A DNA stretch of 63,672 nt, from NCBI GenBank assembly GCA_009778475.1, contig WRJS01000003.1, positions 1-63,672 of the forward strand, given 5' to 3'. A program made the position numbers and the translations under genes. Each line of letters starts with the position of its first letter. The first letter of the stretch is position 1. The notes beneath the pieces are model-generated. The model was not told the DNA's origin. It saw only the letters and a list, made by a program, of their open reading frames with translations, and ran no database searches. Below, in pieces: positions 1 to 10,069 of this stretch. The DNA is from Kiritimatiellota bacterium. Its GTDB lineage: Bacteria; Verrucomicrobiota; Kiritimatiellia; RFP12; UBA1067.

Positions 1-1
1 T

Positions 2-256
2 CGCGTTCTCGCGCGTCGCCCTCATGCGCTTGACATCAGGGTCCGACAACGCCACGATGACCGCCAGGTCCTTGTTGTGCCAGACCCCCGGGATGTCCAT
101 CGCGTCCGCGATGCGCCCGCAGCCGATGACCCCCACCTGCACCTTCTTCGAGGGCGCCTCCTGTCCCAGCACCCGCGCAGGGATAACCGACGGGAACCCC
201 AGCGCCGCGCTGGCCGCCATCCCTCTCTTGACAAATCCCCTTCTCGAAAGTTTCAT
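2..256 (-). CDS. Gfo/Idh/MocA-family oxidoreductase with Tat signal, N-terminal fragment (gene continues past the left edge)
   Basis: Manual reverse-complement translation from ATG at 254-256 gives MKLSRRGFVKRGMAASAALGFPSVIPARVLGQEAPSKKVQVGVIGCGRIADAMD... It has a twin-arginine motif (SRRGFVK) followed by a Rossmann-type start (VGVIGCGRIA). It is absent from the ORF track because the window edge truncates it. Confidence 0.7.
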   Translation of the reverse strand, partial: MKLSRRGFVKRGMAASAALGFPSVIPARVLGQEAPSKKVQVGVIGCGRIADAMDIPGVWHNKDLAVIVALSDPDVKRMRATRENA

Positions 257-394
257 GCTCACCTTCCTCCCCTCAATGTCTCAACAGCATAGCAGATACG
301 TGTTCCCCTTGACAACATTATACTGTCATTTTCGCATGGTCGGCAAAGGGCGTGTGTGCTATACTGTTGCGATTACTTACCGGAGGGTGTTGTT

Positions 395-1225
395 ATGCGT
401 ATGACGAGGAGGATGTTTGTGGGGCAGGCCGCGGCGGCGATGGCGGCGGCGAACGGGTTTGCGGCGGAGGCCGCGGCGAAGGTCAAGGTCGGCGCGTGCG
501 TGCTGAGCCTGGACGAGGCGCGGCGCGGCGGGGTCGAGGGCATCCAGATCGGGGAGTTCAAGGCGGCGGACACGCTGGGCATCACGACGCCAGAGCGGCG
601 CGCGCACTTCAAGCGGGTCATGCAGGAGACGGGCGTGCCCGTCTGCTCCATCATGATGGGGCTGTTCAACGAGTTCCCGCTGGCGACGGAGCCGCGCGCG
701 GTGCAGTGGATGGAGCAGTGCATCGACACCGCCAAAGACCTCGGCACGGACAACATCCTGCTGGCGTTCTTCTCCAACGGCGACCTCCAGCACGAAGGTA
801 AGTTGAAAGAGGCGGAGTATGCGGAAGCGGTCAAGCGCATCAAAGCCGTCGCACCGCGCGCGAAGGATGCGGGCGTGTCGCTCGCCATCGAGAACTACCT
901 CAGCGCGGAGCAGAACCTGCGGATGCTCGACGCCATCAACCACGAAGCCGTCAGCATCTATTACGATGTCTATAACACGGGCATCAGCATGAAATACGAC
1001 TCGCCCGCCGAGATCCGCCGACTGAAAGGGCGCATCTCGCAGGTGCACTACAAGAACGCGGACAAGTATCTTGATGCGGACCGCCCCTATTTCGAGTCCG
1101 TCACCGCCGCGCTCAAGGACATCGGCTACAAGGGCTGGATCGTGCTGGAGACCTCCGCGCCGTCCAAAGACCCCTTCGCCGATGCCAAGCGCAACGCCGA
1201 TTTCGTGCGCGCGCTGTTCGCGTAA
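395..1225 (+). CDS. Tat-signal sugar phosphate isomerase/epimerase (xylose-isomerase-like TIM barrel)
   Basis: Inside ORF 356..1225. ATG 395 follows GGAGGG by about 9 nt. The N-terminus MRMTRRMFVGQAAAAMAAA is a twin-arginine signal. The body (SLAIENY, GWIVLETS) resembles AP-endonuclease-2/xylose-isomerase-like TIM barrels. Divergent pairing with a Gfo/Idh/MocA gene is typical. Confidence 0.7.
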   Translation: MRMTRRMFVGQAAAAMAAANGFAAEAAAKVKVGACVLSLDEARRGGVEGIQIGEFKAADTLGITTPERRAHFKRVMQETGVPVCSIMMGLFNEFPLATEPRAVQWMEQCIDTAKDLGTDNILLAFFSNGDLQHEGKLKEAEYAEAVKRIKAVAPRAKDAGVSLAIENYLSAEQNLRMLDAINHEAVSIYYDVYNTGISMKYDSPAEIRRLKGRISQVHYKNADKYLDADRPYFESVTAALKDIGYKGWIVLETSAPSKDPFADAKRNADFVRALFA

Positions 1226-1231
1226 ATTATC

Positions 1232-1266
1232 GTCATTTAAGATGTGACAACATCAATTTAAATGAC
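1232..1266. terminator. Hairpin between convergent gene ends (possible bidirectional terminator)
   Basis: gtcattta (1232-1239) pairs with taaatgac (1259-1266) across a 19-nt loop. It lies in the 64-nt gap between the stops at 1225 (+) and 1290 (-). There is no clear U tract, and the sequence belongs to a dispersed repeat family. Confidence 0.3.
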
Positions 1267-1289
1267 TATACAATATCAAATCGGAATAA

Positions 1290-3605
1290 CTATTTCGCGT
1301 CCGCTGGCGGCGGCGGCGTCAGGCGCAGTTGTGTGATTTTTGTTCCGGCCTCGCGGGAGCGGAGGATGAGGTGGACGCGGCCTTGGGGAAGGGGGATGGT
1401 GATTTTCGCGCCGCCGCGCTTGAGGTCGGTCCAGCCCCATTCCTTGCGCACGCCGAGGTGCCACGCCTCTTCGGGCAGGAGGTCGCGGCCGTCCTCCGTC
1501 GCGATGCGGACGAAGAAGGAGTCGTCGTCCGGGGTCGGGCTGAGGACGCGCCCGGCGAGGGTGTAGCCACCGGCCTTGGCGACGTCGAGCGCATAGACGG
1601 CGCGGCCGGTCCCGGACATCTGTATGCCGTCGTACTCAGGCTCCCACAGGTAGCGGCCGTTCGAGGCGGCGGGGTCGTCGGTCGCAACCTCAAACACGCA
1701 GCTGAGCTTGGCGTTGACGGCCTCCCACACCGTGGGCTTGTCGGCGGCGACGGGAACAGGCGTGACGCTGGCGTTGTGCGCGAGGCGTTCGCGTATCGCG
1801 GGCAGCGTGCGGAGGGCGGCCTGCCCCATCTCCATCCCGTTAAGCGCGAGCATCGTGCGCGGCGGCAGGGGCGAGACAACGGGGTCTTTCGTGTAGGGCG
1901 CGTCGGCGCGGATGGTGAGGCGGCCGCCCGCGGCCGTGAGCGCGATGCCATCGTCGGTCGCGACTGCGCCGATCTGCTCCGCCATGAACGCTTGACGGAA
2001 CTGGCGGAATTGCTCGTCGTCCAGTTTGCTCCCAGCGCGGAGGCGGTAGGCGACCCCGGCGTGCTGGGTTGGGCTGTCGGGCAGGCGAGAATGTGTGAGC
2101 GTCAGGCGCATGACGTTGAGCGTGTTGGTCTCGGCGACGAGCGCGAGGGTGCAGGGTGTCGCGTCCTGCCCCCGGCTCCACGGGATGCGGATACCGAGCG
2201 CGGCGGAGCCGTGGCGCAGGAACACGGCGGCGCCGAGCGGTATCGCGTTCGTCGCGGCGAGGGTGAGGGGCGCGTCGTTGACCCAGACGGTCTCGATGGC
2301 GTGGGGCATGATCAGGTGCGATTCGAGCGTCCCCGTGGTGTCCACGAAATCGCGCTCGCGATAGACGGCCACGGCCAGCGCGTCCCCCTTGTCCTGCGCG
2401 CTCGCCCAGTAGGAGTCCATGTGAAACGCCTTGGAGTGCGTCTTGCCGTCGGAGATTTTGTTGATGCCGTAAGGGTCGCGGCGGCCGTCGGGGATGAACG
2501 AGACGCGGGGCTGCCGCGCGTCGCGCGAGGGCGCGGGGAAATCGACCGCCAGCGGGATGTCCATCCGCCCATGGTATTTGCGCCACGACGTGCCGATGGC
2601 GATGTCCTCGCACGCGTAGAGCGTGCGCGCGCAGAACGGCTCGTTGCCCCACGTCTGCTCGACGAGGCGCGGATAGACGGCATTCAACGTGCGGAGCGTC
2701 TCCGGCGGCGCCCAGCCCGAGTAGAGCGGCGCGAACCCGACCCCTGGGCGGTAGCCCTTCGGCGGCGCGAGCCAGCCGTGGTGGACCAGCAGGTGATCCA
2801 GCCCGCCGAATCCGAAGGCATAGTCGTAGGTGCGGCTGTGCGACCCGCCGAGGCGTTGCGACGGCGCGAAATAATTCAGCGCGATGTCCGTCCAGAAGTA
2901 ATGCAGGAGCGCGTCCGCCATCTCGCGGACCCGCTCGTGCGGGCAGATTTCCGCCAGCAGCATCAGGCACTCCACGTTGACCGCGTAATACGTCGGGCTG
3001 ACGAACTCATGGATGCCGTCGTCGTAGATCGTGCGCAGGAACGACGTGAGCCGCCGCTCGCCCTCCTGCACCGCGCCCGCGTCACCGAGCGCTTCGCCCA
3101 GCAGGATGAGGTCGGACGCGTTGAGGATGGCGATGTTCGTATAGGTCTCGCGCGGGCGGTGCTTGATGAGGCCATGCAGGCCGAGCTTCAGCACATGGAG
3201 GAAACGCTCGCGGGTGGCGGGGTCGAGCCTGTCCTTGTGGAACGTCCAGAGCAACGCGCCGTGCTGCATACAGAAATCCACGGCGTTAAAATCCGCGACC
3301 GCCGCATCGCGCAAGTACCAGCGGAAATTGCCGTAGGCCCTGCTCTCGGGATCGGTGTCCTGCAAGCCCTCGGCAAGCGGCAGGAGCTCCGCGATGCGCG
3401 TGAGGTTCGTGCCCGCATACGCATACGCCAGCATGGCGGTGAACAGCTCGCGGCAGCCATACGCCGGATTCGGCAGCGACACCTTCCGGTGCACCCCGTC
3501 CGCCTGACGCAGCACCTCGGCGCGTATCTCCTCGCGCGTCGCGCCTTGTACGGCGCAAGCCGTGAACGCAACCGTCAGAATCACGGGAACAAATCTTGTC
3601 TTCAT
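1290..3605 (-). CDS. Large secreted protein of unknown function (helical N-terminal region, C-terminal beta-sandwich/CBM-like module)
   Basis: ORF 1290..3623. ATG at 3605 gives MKTRFVPVILTVAFTACAVQG, which is signal-peptide-like. The long ORF has coding-like composition. The C-terminal ~130 aa (SFFVRIATEDG...ITQLRLT) look like a carbohydrate-binding-type jelly roll. No catalytic family can be assigned by eye. Confidence 0.55.
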   Translation of the reverse strand: MKTRFVPVILTVAFTACAVQGATREEIRAEVLRQADGVHRKVSLPNPAYGCRELFTAMLAYAYAGTNLTRIAELLPLAEGLQDTDPESRAYGNFRWYLRDAAVADFNAVDFCMQHGALLWTFHKDRLDPATRERFLHVLKLGLHGLIKHRPRETYTNIAILNASDLILLGEALGDAGAVQEGERRLTSFLRTIYDDGIHEFVSPTYYAVNVECLMLLAEICPHERVREMADALLHYFWTDIALNYFAPSQRLGGSHSRTYDYAFGFGGLDHLLVHHGWLAPPKGYRPGVGFAPLYSGWAPPETLRTLNAVYPRLVEQTWGNEPFCARTLYACEDIAIGTSWRKYHGRMDIPLAVDFPAPSRDARQPRVSFIPDGRRDPYGINKISDGKTHSKAFHMDSYWASAQDKGDALAVAVYRERDFVDTTGTLESHLIMPHAIETVWVNDAPLTLAATNAIPLGAAVFLRHGSAALGIRIPWSRGQDATPCTLALVAETNTLNVMRLTLTHSRLPDSPTQHAGVAYRLRAGSKLDDEQFRQFRQAFMAEQIGAVATDDGIALTAAGGRLTIRADAPYTKDPVVSPLPPRTMLALNGMEMGQAALRTLPAIRERLAHNASVTPVPVAADKPTVWEAVNAKLSCVFEVATDDPAASNGRYLWEPEYDGIQMSGTGRAVYALDVAKAGGYTLAGRVLSPTPDDDSFFVRIATEDGRDLLPEEAWHLGVRKEWGWTDLKRGGAKITIPLPQGRVHLILRSREAGTKITQLRLTPPPPADAK

Positions 3606-3760
3606 GCGAAACCTTCTTTTCAATTACAAACTCCAGACACACAGTATAACTCACTGCCGCGACGTTTTGCAATGACGAAATGCCATTCCTCGTTTCGGGG
3701 GATACGATAACATCAAGTCAAAACACTTGCCTCACACCTACCACTTATCACCTCTCTCTT

Positions 3761-6700
3761 TCACTTCCGCATCGCCTCTTCCCAGAGCGCGGTTAAGCGT
3801 TTTGTGGAGACGGGTTCGTTCGTGCGGAGCTCTTGGGCGAAGGTGGAGACGCGGAACTCTTCGGTCAGCCAGCGGTAGCGGTTGAGGAGGGCCTTGTCGT
3901 GGCGCGGGGGTTCGGGGAGGGCGATGAAGTCGGCGTAGCGTTGCCAGAGGGGCTGCACCTCGGCGCGTTTGCGGAGGTCGCCCGCAGGGTTCGTCTGCGC
4001 ACGCTGGATGCGCACGCGGCACGCTTCGAGGTAGCGCGGCAGTTGCTGGAGTTGCGCGGTGGGGATGACCTCGGCAAATCCGGGAAACACCAGCCACGCC
4101 AGCTGCTCGGTCACGTCGTCGATGGTCTCACGGGGAATCGGCTTGGTGGCCAGCATCGCATCCACCTCGCTGGCGGCTTGGATAATCGCAATGACGAGTC
4201 GCGCCCGTGCAGTGTGCACGGCGTGGAGGCATCCGCGCTCGGAGGCCAGCCGCATCTGAAAAGTCTGCGCATCGCGGATGACGGGCTTGTCCTCCACAAA
4301 CGTTTCGCGCAATGCGGCGGTCGCAATCTCCGCGCCGAGTTGCGCGGCGGTCATCTCCAGCGGAATCATGTAGAGCGTGACCGCGCGGGGAAGTGAGGGC
4401 GGGTGCTGGTAGCGTTTCCACTCTTTGCCGAGCGCGAGCGCGAAGAGACGGCACACGCCTTTCTCGTGCGCGGCGGCGGCGGTGGCCGCATCGGCGAAGA
4501 GGCGCAGGGACACGGCCGTTTGGGCATCCACCAGCGCGGGGTAGTTGATGACGGGCCACCCGGCCTTGCCGACATCCACCTGCTGGGGCAGGTCGCCGAA
4601 GTCCCATTGCGTAAGCCCATCACGATGCCACGCCGTGGCGGTAGCGAGGGGCTGCGCGGCCTGCGGTGCGAACAGGCGGGCCAGCGCATCGACGTTGCGG
4701 CCGTTGCCCAGTTCCTTGCCATCCGCGTCAACAGCGAGGAAGCGCATCCGCAAATGCGGCGGCGCGTTGTCCTCGCGCCACGTCTCCTGCGGCACGCGCA
4801 CACCGCGCACGGCGTACACCGCTTCCGCAAACGCATCGGCGAGCGCACCCTTGCCGGGGGTCATGCGCGAGCGGCACATCGCCAGCGTCTCGTCGTAGGG
4901 CTGCAAGAGGCGGCGCACTTTGGAGGGCAACACGTTGAGCATCCAGCGCAGTTTCTCCTCCAGCATTCCGGGCATGAGCCAGTCGCTGCGCCATGCAGCG
5001 ACGATCGGCAGGAGCGGGGCAGGTACGGTGCAGGTCACGCCGTCGTCGGGTTCGCCGGGCGCGTGGCGGTAGGTCAGCGCGAGGCGGCTGCCGTTGAGCG
5101 TCACGGAGTCGGGGAACGCTTGCCCGAGGTCGCGCATGGGCGGCAGGTCGGCATCGCGCATGATGAGTTGTTCGCTGTCCAATGTCGCGAGCCACTTTCG
5201 CAAATCGTGTGCGTTGCAGACATCCTGCGGCAGACGCGCATCGTAGAACGCGAACGCGAGGTCGGGGTCGAACAGCGCACCGTGCTGGCGCAGTTTGGAT
5301 TCCGCATCCAGCAGGGCGTTGGTACGCGCGAGGTTCTGCGCAAGGAAGGTCGGCAATGGCGCGGGGAACGCCCCGGCCACAAGCCCCTCGCGAATCATGA
5401 TGGCGCGAGCGTCGGCGGGATTGATGCGGCTGTAGTCGCGTGTGCGCGATTCGACCAGCACGAGACCGAAGAGCGTGACGCGCTCTTTCACGCGCACATA
5501 GCCGTGCGTTGCGTCCCACTGCGCAGAATGATGGCTGTATTTGCAGTGGCGTTTGGCGATCGGCTCAACCCATGCGGGGTCGATGCAGGCCGCCGTGCGG
5601 GCGAAGAGGCGTGAGGTCTCGACGAGTTCGCCCGCGATAATCCAATTGCGGTTCGCGCTCGCCTGTTGGCGTTGGCGCGGCTGGCGCGGGTCGGTTTTCT
5701 GCTCTTTCAGTTTGACCAGTCCCGAGCCGGGGAAGAGCGCGAAGCGCGTGCCGCGTGTGCCGCGATACTCGTTCGTCTCGGGGTCGCGCTGGGCGAGGTT
5801 CGAGAGCAGGCCCGTGAGCAATGCACGGTGCAGACCCGCATCACCGCCGCTGACGGAGGCGGTGTCGAGACCGAGCGATTTGCAGATGCCTTCGATCTGC
5901 CCGTGCAGGTCGAGCCAGTCGCGCATCTTGGGGTAGGAGAGAAAGTTGTCTTTGCACAAACGACGCGCGACGCTCTGCGAGGGCTTCGCGGTGTGCTCGC
6001 GGTACCACCGCCAGAGGCGGATGAACGCGGCGAAGTCCGAGTTGGCGGTGAGGAAGCGGGCATGGCATTTGTCCGCCTCGGCCTGTTTCTCGATGGGGCG
6101 GCGGCGCGGGTCGTCGCACTCCAACGCGGCCACGACGATGAGCGTTTCTGTCAGTGCCTTCTCGTGATGCGCCGCGAAGAGGATACGCGCGAAGGCGGGA
6201 TCGATCGGCAGACGCGCGAGCTCGCGCCCGAGGTGCGTGAGGCGGCGCGCGCCCGTCTCGTCGGGCGCGGTGATGGCGTCGAGCAGTTCCAGTTCACGAT
6301 AGCCCTCGCGGATGAGCGCGGCGCCGGGCGCATCGATGAACGGGAACGTCTCGATGTCGCCGAGCTTCAAATCCATCATCGTGAGGATGACGTGCGCGAG
6401 GCTGGAGCGCAGGATTTCCGGGGGCGTGTAAGCGTCGCGCTTTTTGAAGTCGCCCTCATCGTAGAGGCGGATGCAGATGCCCGGCGCGATGCGGCCGCAA
6501 CGCCCCTTGCGCTGTTCCGCGCTCGCTTGCGAGACGGACTCAATCTGGAGGCGTTGGACTTGCGTGCGCGGGTTGTAGCGGCTCAGGCGCACCAATCCCG
6601 AGTCAATCACGTAGCGGATGCCCGGCAGCGTCACCGAGGTCTCCGCCACGTTCGTCGAGAGGATGATGCGGCGGTTGGCAGACAGCGTGAACGCGCGTTG

Positions 6701-7501
6701 CTGCTCGCCCGCCGGGAGCGATGCCAGCAGCGGGATGATGTCCGTGCGCGGCAAGCGGCGGCCGTTCAGCACCTCCGCGGCCTCGCGGATGTCGCGCTCG
6801 CCCGGCAGGAACACGAGGATGTCGCCCTCCGCGCTGAACTCGTCCACCGCGTTGGCGATCTGGCGCGGCAGGTCGGGGTCGTCCGCATCCGCAGGGGGCC
6901 GCCAGCGCGTCTCGATGGGGTGGAGGCGACCCGGCACGGAGACCACGGGCGCGTCGCCAAAGAACGCGGAGAAACGTTTCACGTCGAGCGTGGCGGAACT
7001 GACGACGAGTTTCAGGTCGGGGCGGCGCGGCAGCACATGCCGCAGGATGCCGAGGAGGAAATCGATGTTCAGCGAACGCTCGTGCGCTTCGTCGATGATG
7101 AGCGTGTCGTACTTGCGGAAGAGGCGGTCATGGCGCGTCTCCGCCAGCAGGATGCCGTCTGTCATGAACTTGATTTTCGTGTCCTGCGAGAGGCGCGACT
7201 CGAAGCGGTGCTGGTAGCCCACGAACCGCCCCGCGTCCTGCCCGAACTCCTCCGCCACGCGCCGCGCCATCGCAAGCGCGGCGAGTCTGCGCGGCTGTGT
7301 GCAACCGATCAGCCCGCGCGTCCCGCGCCCCGCCTTCAGCGCGATTTTCGGCAGCTGCGTCGTCTTGCCCGACCCCGTGTCGCCGCACACGATCAGCACC
7401 TGATGCCGCCGCAACGCCTCTGCGATCTCATCAATATGCGCCGTAATCGGCAGTTCCGATGGAAACGTGTATTCCATTTGAGGTGGGAAGTCTATCTCCA
7501 T
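3761..7501 (-). CDS. hrpA: ATP-dependent RNA helicase HrpA (DEAH-box)
   Basis: ORF 3761..7519. Motifs: GDTGSGKTTQLP (Walker A), IIDEAHERS (DEAH), SATL, TNVAETS. Length and C-terminal extension are typical of HrpA. The track start at 7519 is TTG; the first ATG is at 7501 and another is at 7477. Confidence 0.9.
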   Translation of the reverse strand: MEIDFPPQMEYTFPSELPITAHIDEIAEALRRHQVLIVCGDTGSGKTTQLPKIALKAGRGTRGLIGCTQPRRLAALAMARRVAEEFGQDAGRFVGYQHRFESRLSQDTKIKFMTDGILLAETRHDRLFRKYDTLIIDEAHERSLNIDFLLGILRHVLPRRPDLKLVVSSATLDVKRFSAFFGDAPVVSVPGRLHPIETRWRPPADADDPDLPRQIANAVDEFSAEGDILVFLPGERDIREAAEVLNGRRLPRTDIIPLLASLPAGEQQRAFTLSANRRIILSTNVAETSVTLPGIRYVIDSGLVRLSRYNPRTQVQRLQIESVSQASAEQRKGRCGRIAPGICIRLYDEGDFKKRDAYTPPEILRSSLAHVILTMMDLKLGDIETFPFIDAPGAALIREGYRELELLDAITAPDETGARRLTHLGRELARLPIDPAFARILFAAHHEKALTETLIVVAALECDDPRRRPIEKQAEADKCHARFLTANSDFAAFIRLWRWYREHTAKPSQSVARRLCKDNFLSYPKMRDWLDLHGQIEGICKSLGLDTASVSGGDAGLHRALLTGLLSNLAQRDPETNEYRGTRGTRFALFPGSGLVKLKEQKTDPRQPRQRQQASANRNWIIAGELVETSRLFARTAACIDPAWVEPIAKRHCKYSHHSAQWDATHGYVRVKERVTLFGLVLVESRTRDYSRINPADARAIMIREGLVAGAFPAPLPTFLAQNLARTNALLDAESKLRQHGALFDPDLAFAFYDARLPQDVCNAHDLRKWLATLDSEQLIMRDADLPPMRDLGQAFPDSVTLNGSRLALTYRHAPGEPDDGVTCTVPAPLLPIVAAWRSDWLMPGMLEEKLRWMLNVLPSKVRRLLQPYDETLAMCRSRMTPGKGALADAFAEAVYAVRGVRVPQETWREDNAPPHLRMRFLAVDADGKELGNGRNVDALARLFAPQAAQPLATATAWHRDGLTQWDFGDLPQQVDVGKAGWPVINYPALVDAQTAVSLRLFADAATAAAAHEKGVCRLFALALGKEWKRYQHPPSLPRAVTLYMIPLEMTAAQLGAEIATAALRETFVEDKPVIRDAQTFQMRLASERGCLHAVHTARARLVIAIIQAASEVDAMLATKPIPRETIDDVTEQLAWLVFPGFAEVIPTAQLQQLPRYLEACRVRIQRAQTNPAGDLRKRAEVQPLWQRYADFIALPEPPRHDKALLNRYRWLTEEFRVSTFAQELRTNEPVSTKRLTALWEEAMRK

Positions 7502-7515
7502 TTTGGGGCTGCCCG

Positions 7516-9951
7516 TCAATGGCTCAGCACCATGACCCCGTAGGGCTCCAGCGTCACCTCCGTCACACTCCTATCCCACGCGATGGTCTTGCCGCTCACC
7601 AAATCGCGCGACGGCAACGACACGCCGTTGAACGTTTCGCGTTGAATGCGCGTGGTCTGTTCCGTCGCGGTGGGGTTGTAAACCGTGAGGCACCCCCCCT
7701 TGCCGATCTCGCCGAAACGCTCGACAAACACCTGCGGGTTTTCGGACGACGCCTCCGTGAGCGGCTCCCAACCGGCCTGCGCGACGCGCTTGCACAGGGG
7801 CATGTATTTCTTGAACAGCGGGCGGTCGCGGTTGTAGTAGTCGGGGTTCTTGAAGTAGTGCTTGGTGGAGGCGTCCTCGCTGAAGAAGCCGGGGAACATC
7901 CCGTAGGCGAGGCACGCTTTCATGAAGCGTTCGGTGTCGTCATACGTCCATTTCTCGAAGTCGGTGTTCATCAGGAAGCAGTAGGGCTTGCCCTTGCAGA
8001 GGGCGCGGCGGTACATCAGATCCTCGTCGGTCCAGGGTTCCCATTTTCCGCCGCGCTTCCAGTTCGTCTCCGTGCCCATCACGTCGAGCAGGGGGGCGAG
8101 CCACGGCCACCTGTCGGGGGTCCCGTTGGCCATCATGTAGCGGCCGCTCTTGTGCGCGACCTCGGCCATGGCGCGGACGTACTCGAAGCCCGCCATGCCC
8201 TTGAACACGCCGACCCTGCGCGTCTCCAGCGAATAGCACAGCGGGCGGTCGGCGGCGGCGAAATGCTCGCGCCTGAAATTGAGCGCGTCGGTGACGTACA
8301 TCTCGGAGGAGTCGATGTACTCGCCGTCGATGCCCTTGCCGTCGTTAGGGCGCGGCGAGCCGTAGGTCGCCTGAACGTAGTCGGGCTTCCACTTGTTCTT
8401 GAACTCCGTCACGTCGCCGGGCAGCCCGGGTGCGCCGTTCATGCTCCAGACCACGCCGTTGCACCACGGGGTGTCGAGGATGCGCCCGGGCGGCTGGCCC
8501 CGCTCGTCGTGGAAGCAGCTGGTGAGCCACGCCTTTGCGCTCGCGTTGCCCGCGGCCGCAAGGCGCTGCGCCTCGGCGATACCCCGCGCGATGCTTTTCT
8601 CGCCATCCAGTTTCATCCACCACGTCATCGGCTCGGTGTAGCGGAACGTGAGGATGCCGTGCGCGTCGTCCCACGCCGTCTCGTCAATACCCTCCTTGAA
8701 GCGGAAGCCGAAATCCTCAAAGTCCGGCAGCTTGCTGATGGCCTCAAACGCCATCCACTGCCCCTGCTCCTTGATGCGCGTCTCGAACGCCTCGGGGAAA
8801 ATCTGATAGTAGCGGTTGAACGCCCCGCGCAAGCCATCCTCCGCAGGGAACGTGAACCTGACAAAGCGGAAGTGCGCGGACGGTTTCTCCGGCGTGAGCC
8901 CGATGTCGCACGCGAGGAAGAATTCGCGCGTGGCTGGCTGGCAACCCAAGCGGTACACGAGCGGCGTGGACGGGTCAAGCCCAATCGCAGAACTTTCCAC
9001 CCCATTGTCAATGATAGCGGCAAACGGATACTTCGAGAGAAGCCCGTTCGCGCCGATGCCTGTACGGTTCACACTCATGCTCTCCGAGCGTGAGGATGAG
9101 ATGTCTGTCGAGCCACGGAATGAGCCGCACCATTGGAGATGTTTATCCTCTCGCAGCGGCATTATATAGTAGAACGTCAGGGCGCGATCTTTGCCCGTGA
9201 GATTTTTGAGCGTGACATCATAAAATAGCACGCCGTCCCGAGCCGTTGCCACGGTGGCTAGATTTATTCCCATTCCGTCTGAGTTCATCGCGACGGTGCC
9301 GGAGCGCAACGTGGCACCATCGGGATGCATCGCGACGATGTCCGAATCCGCCGCCACGTCGCGCAAGAGGAACCCCCCTTGGCGCAATCGCAGGGGTTCC
9401 GTGACGAGCGTGTCGAAGAGGACAACCTTGTCCGCATCCACCTGCCCGAAACGCGCGTCCTTGAAGCGCACCTTGCCCGCCCTGTTGCGGAACAGCAGGT
9501 GATAGCTCACCGTCTTGATGGGGCGTTCGGGCATGACGAGCACCTCGCGCCGCTGCCACCCCCGCGCCGCGTCGGGCGCGAACGCGCTCTGCTGCCCCCA
9601 GAGGTGCGAGCCGTCCATGTACAGGATGTCGAGGTACAGCGAGAAGTCCGCGCCCTCGCCCCCGCCCGCCGTCTCCACGAGCGCCATCGCCGACGCGCGC
9701 ACCGGCACGGGCTCCGACTGGTTGAGCGCGACGGACCAGCTCACGCCGCGCTTCTGGTCGCGCCCCGTGTTCTCGCACACGAACGTGTCGCCCTCGCGCA
9801 CGAAGCCCTCCCCGTAAGCCCCCGCCTTCCCCGCGTCCAACGCCGCCAGCCCGTGCGCCTCCCCCCGCGACACGCGCTTGACCACGCTCCCGTTCTCATA
9901 CCCCAGCGCAACCTGCGCAACCACCACCGACAGACATAACAACAGACGCAT
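7516..9951 (-). CDS. Secreted protein of unknown function
   Basis: ORF 7516..9978. ATG at 9951 is preceded by GGGAGG and gives MRLLLCLSVVVAQVALG (signal peptide). The stop is 15 nt upstream of the first hrpA ATG at 7501 and overlaps only the ORF-track TTG start at 7517-7519, suggesting co-transcription. No recognisable catalytic motif. Confidence 0.6.
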   Translation of the reverse strand: MRLLLCLSVVVAQVALGYENGSVVKRVSRGEAHGLAALDAGKAGAYGEGFVREGDTFVCENTGRDQKRGVSWSVALNQSEPVPVRASAMALVETAGGGEGADFSLYLDILYMDGSHLWGQQSAFAPDAARGWQRREVLVMPERPIKTVSYHLLFRNRAGKVRFKDARFGQVDADKVVLFDTLVTEPLRLRQGGFLLRDVAADSDIVAMHPDGATLRSGTVAMNSDGMGINLATVATARDGVLFYDVTLKNLTGKDRALTFYYIMPLREDKHLQWCGSFRGSTDISSSRSESMSVNRTGIGANGLLSKYPFAAIIDNGVESSAIGLDPSTPLVYRLGCQPATREFFLACDIGLTPEKPSAHFRFVRFTFPAEDGLRGAFNRYYQIFPEAFETRIKEQGQWMAFEAISKLPDFEDFGFRFKEGIDETAWDDAHGILTFRYTEPMTWWMKLDGEKSIARGIAEAQRLAAAGNASAKAWLTSCFHDERGQPPGRILDTPWCNGVVWSMNGAPGLPGDVTEFKNKWKPDYVQATYGSPRPNDGKGIDGEYIDSSEMYVTDALNFRREHFAAADRPLCYSLETRRVGVFKGMAGFEYVRAMAEVAHKSGRYMMANGTPDRWPWLAPLLDVMGTETNWKRGGKWEPWTDEDLMYRRALCKGKPYCFLMNTDFEKWTYDDTERFMKACLAYGMFPGFFSEDASTKHYFKNPDYYNRDRPLFKKYMPLCKRVAQAGWEPLTEASSENPQVFVERFGEIGKGGCLTVYNPTATEQTTRIQRETFNGVSLPSRDLVSGKTIAWDRSVTEVTLEPYGVMVLSH

Positions 9952-10069
9952 AGACACCTCCCGTAAAAGCACCATCATACAGCGTTTAGCCCAACGCTAG
10001 CAAGAGAAAATGGACCAGCCTTCATAGACATATTGTAACTTGAAGTTGTCGCATAGCGGCTCGAATCAA

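Noticed and set aside
321-365. TTGACA (321-326) and TATACT (360-365) as a promoter for the isomerase gene
   Set aside because: The two hexamers are about 33 nt apart. Neither has a properly spaced partner (the -35 position for TATACT reads tggtcg). The evidence is too weak to annotate.
1329-3710. Long antisense/shadow ORFs opposite recognised genes (e.g. 1329..3710 +, 5666..7543 +, 17067..19133 +, 22534..24381 +, 40868..43021 -, 40999..43983 +, 45766..48492 +, 53849..55696 -)
   Set aside because: All lie opposite, or out of frame with, genes that have clear family motifs. Their translations are Arg/Ala/Gly/Pro/His-rich with no motifs. This is the expected stop-codon-poor artefact of high-GC DNA.
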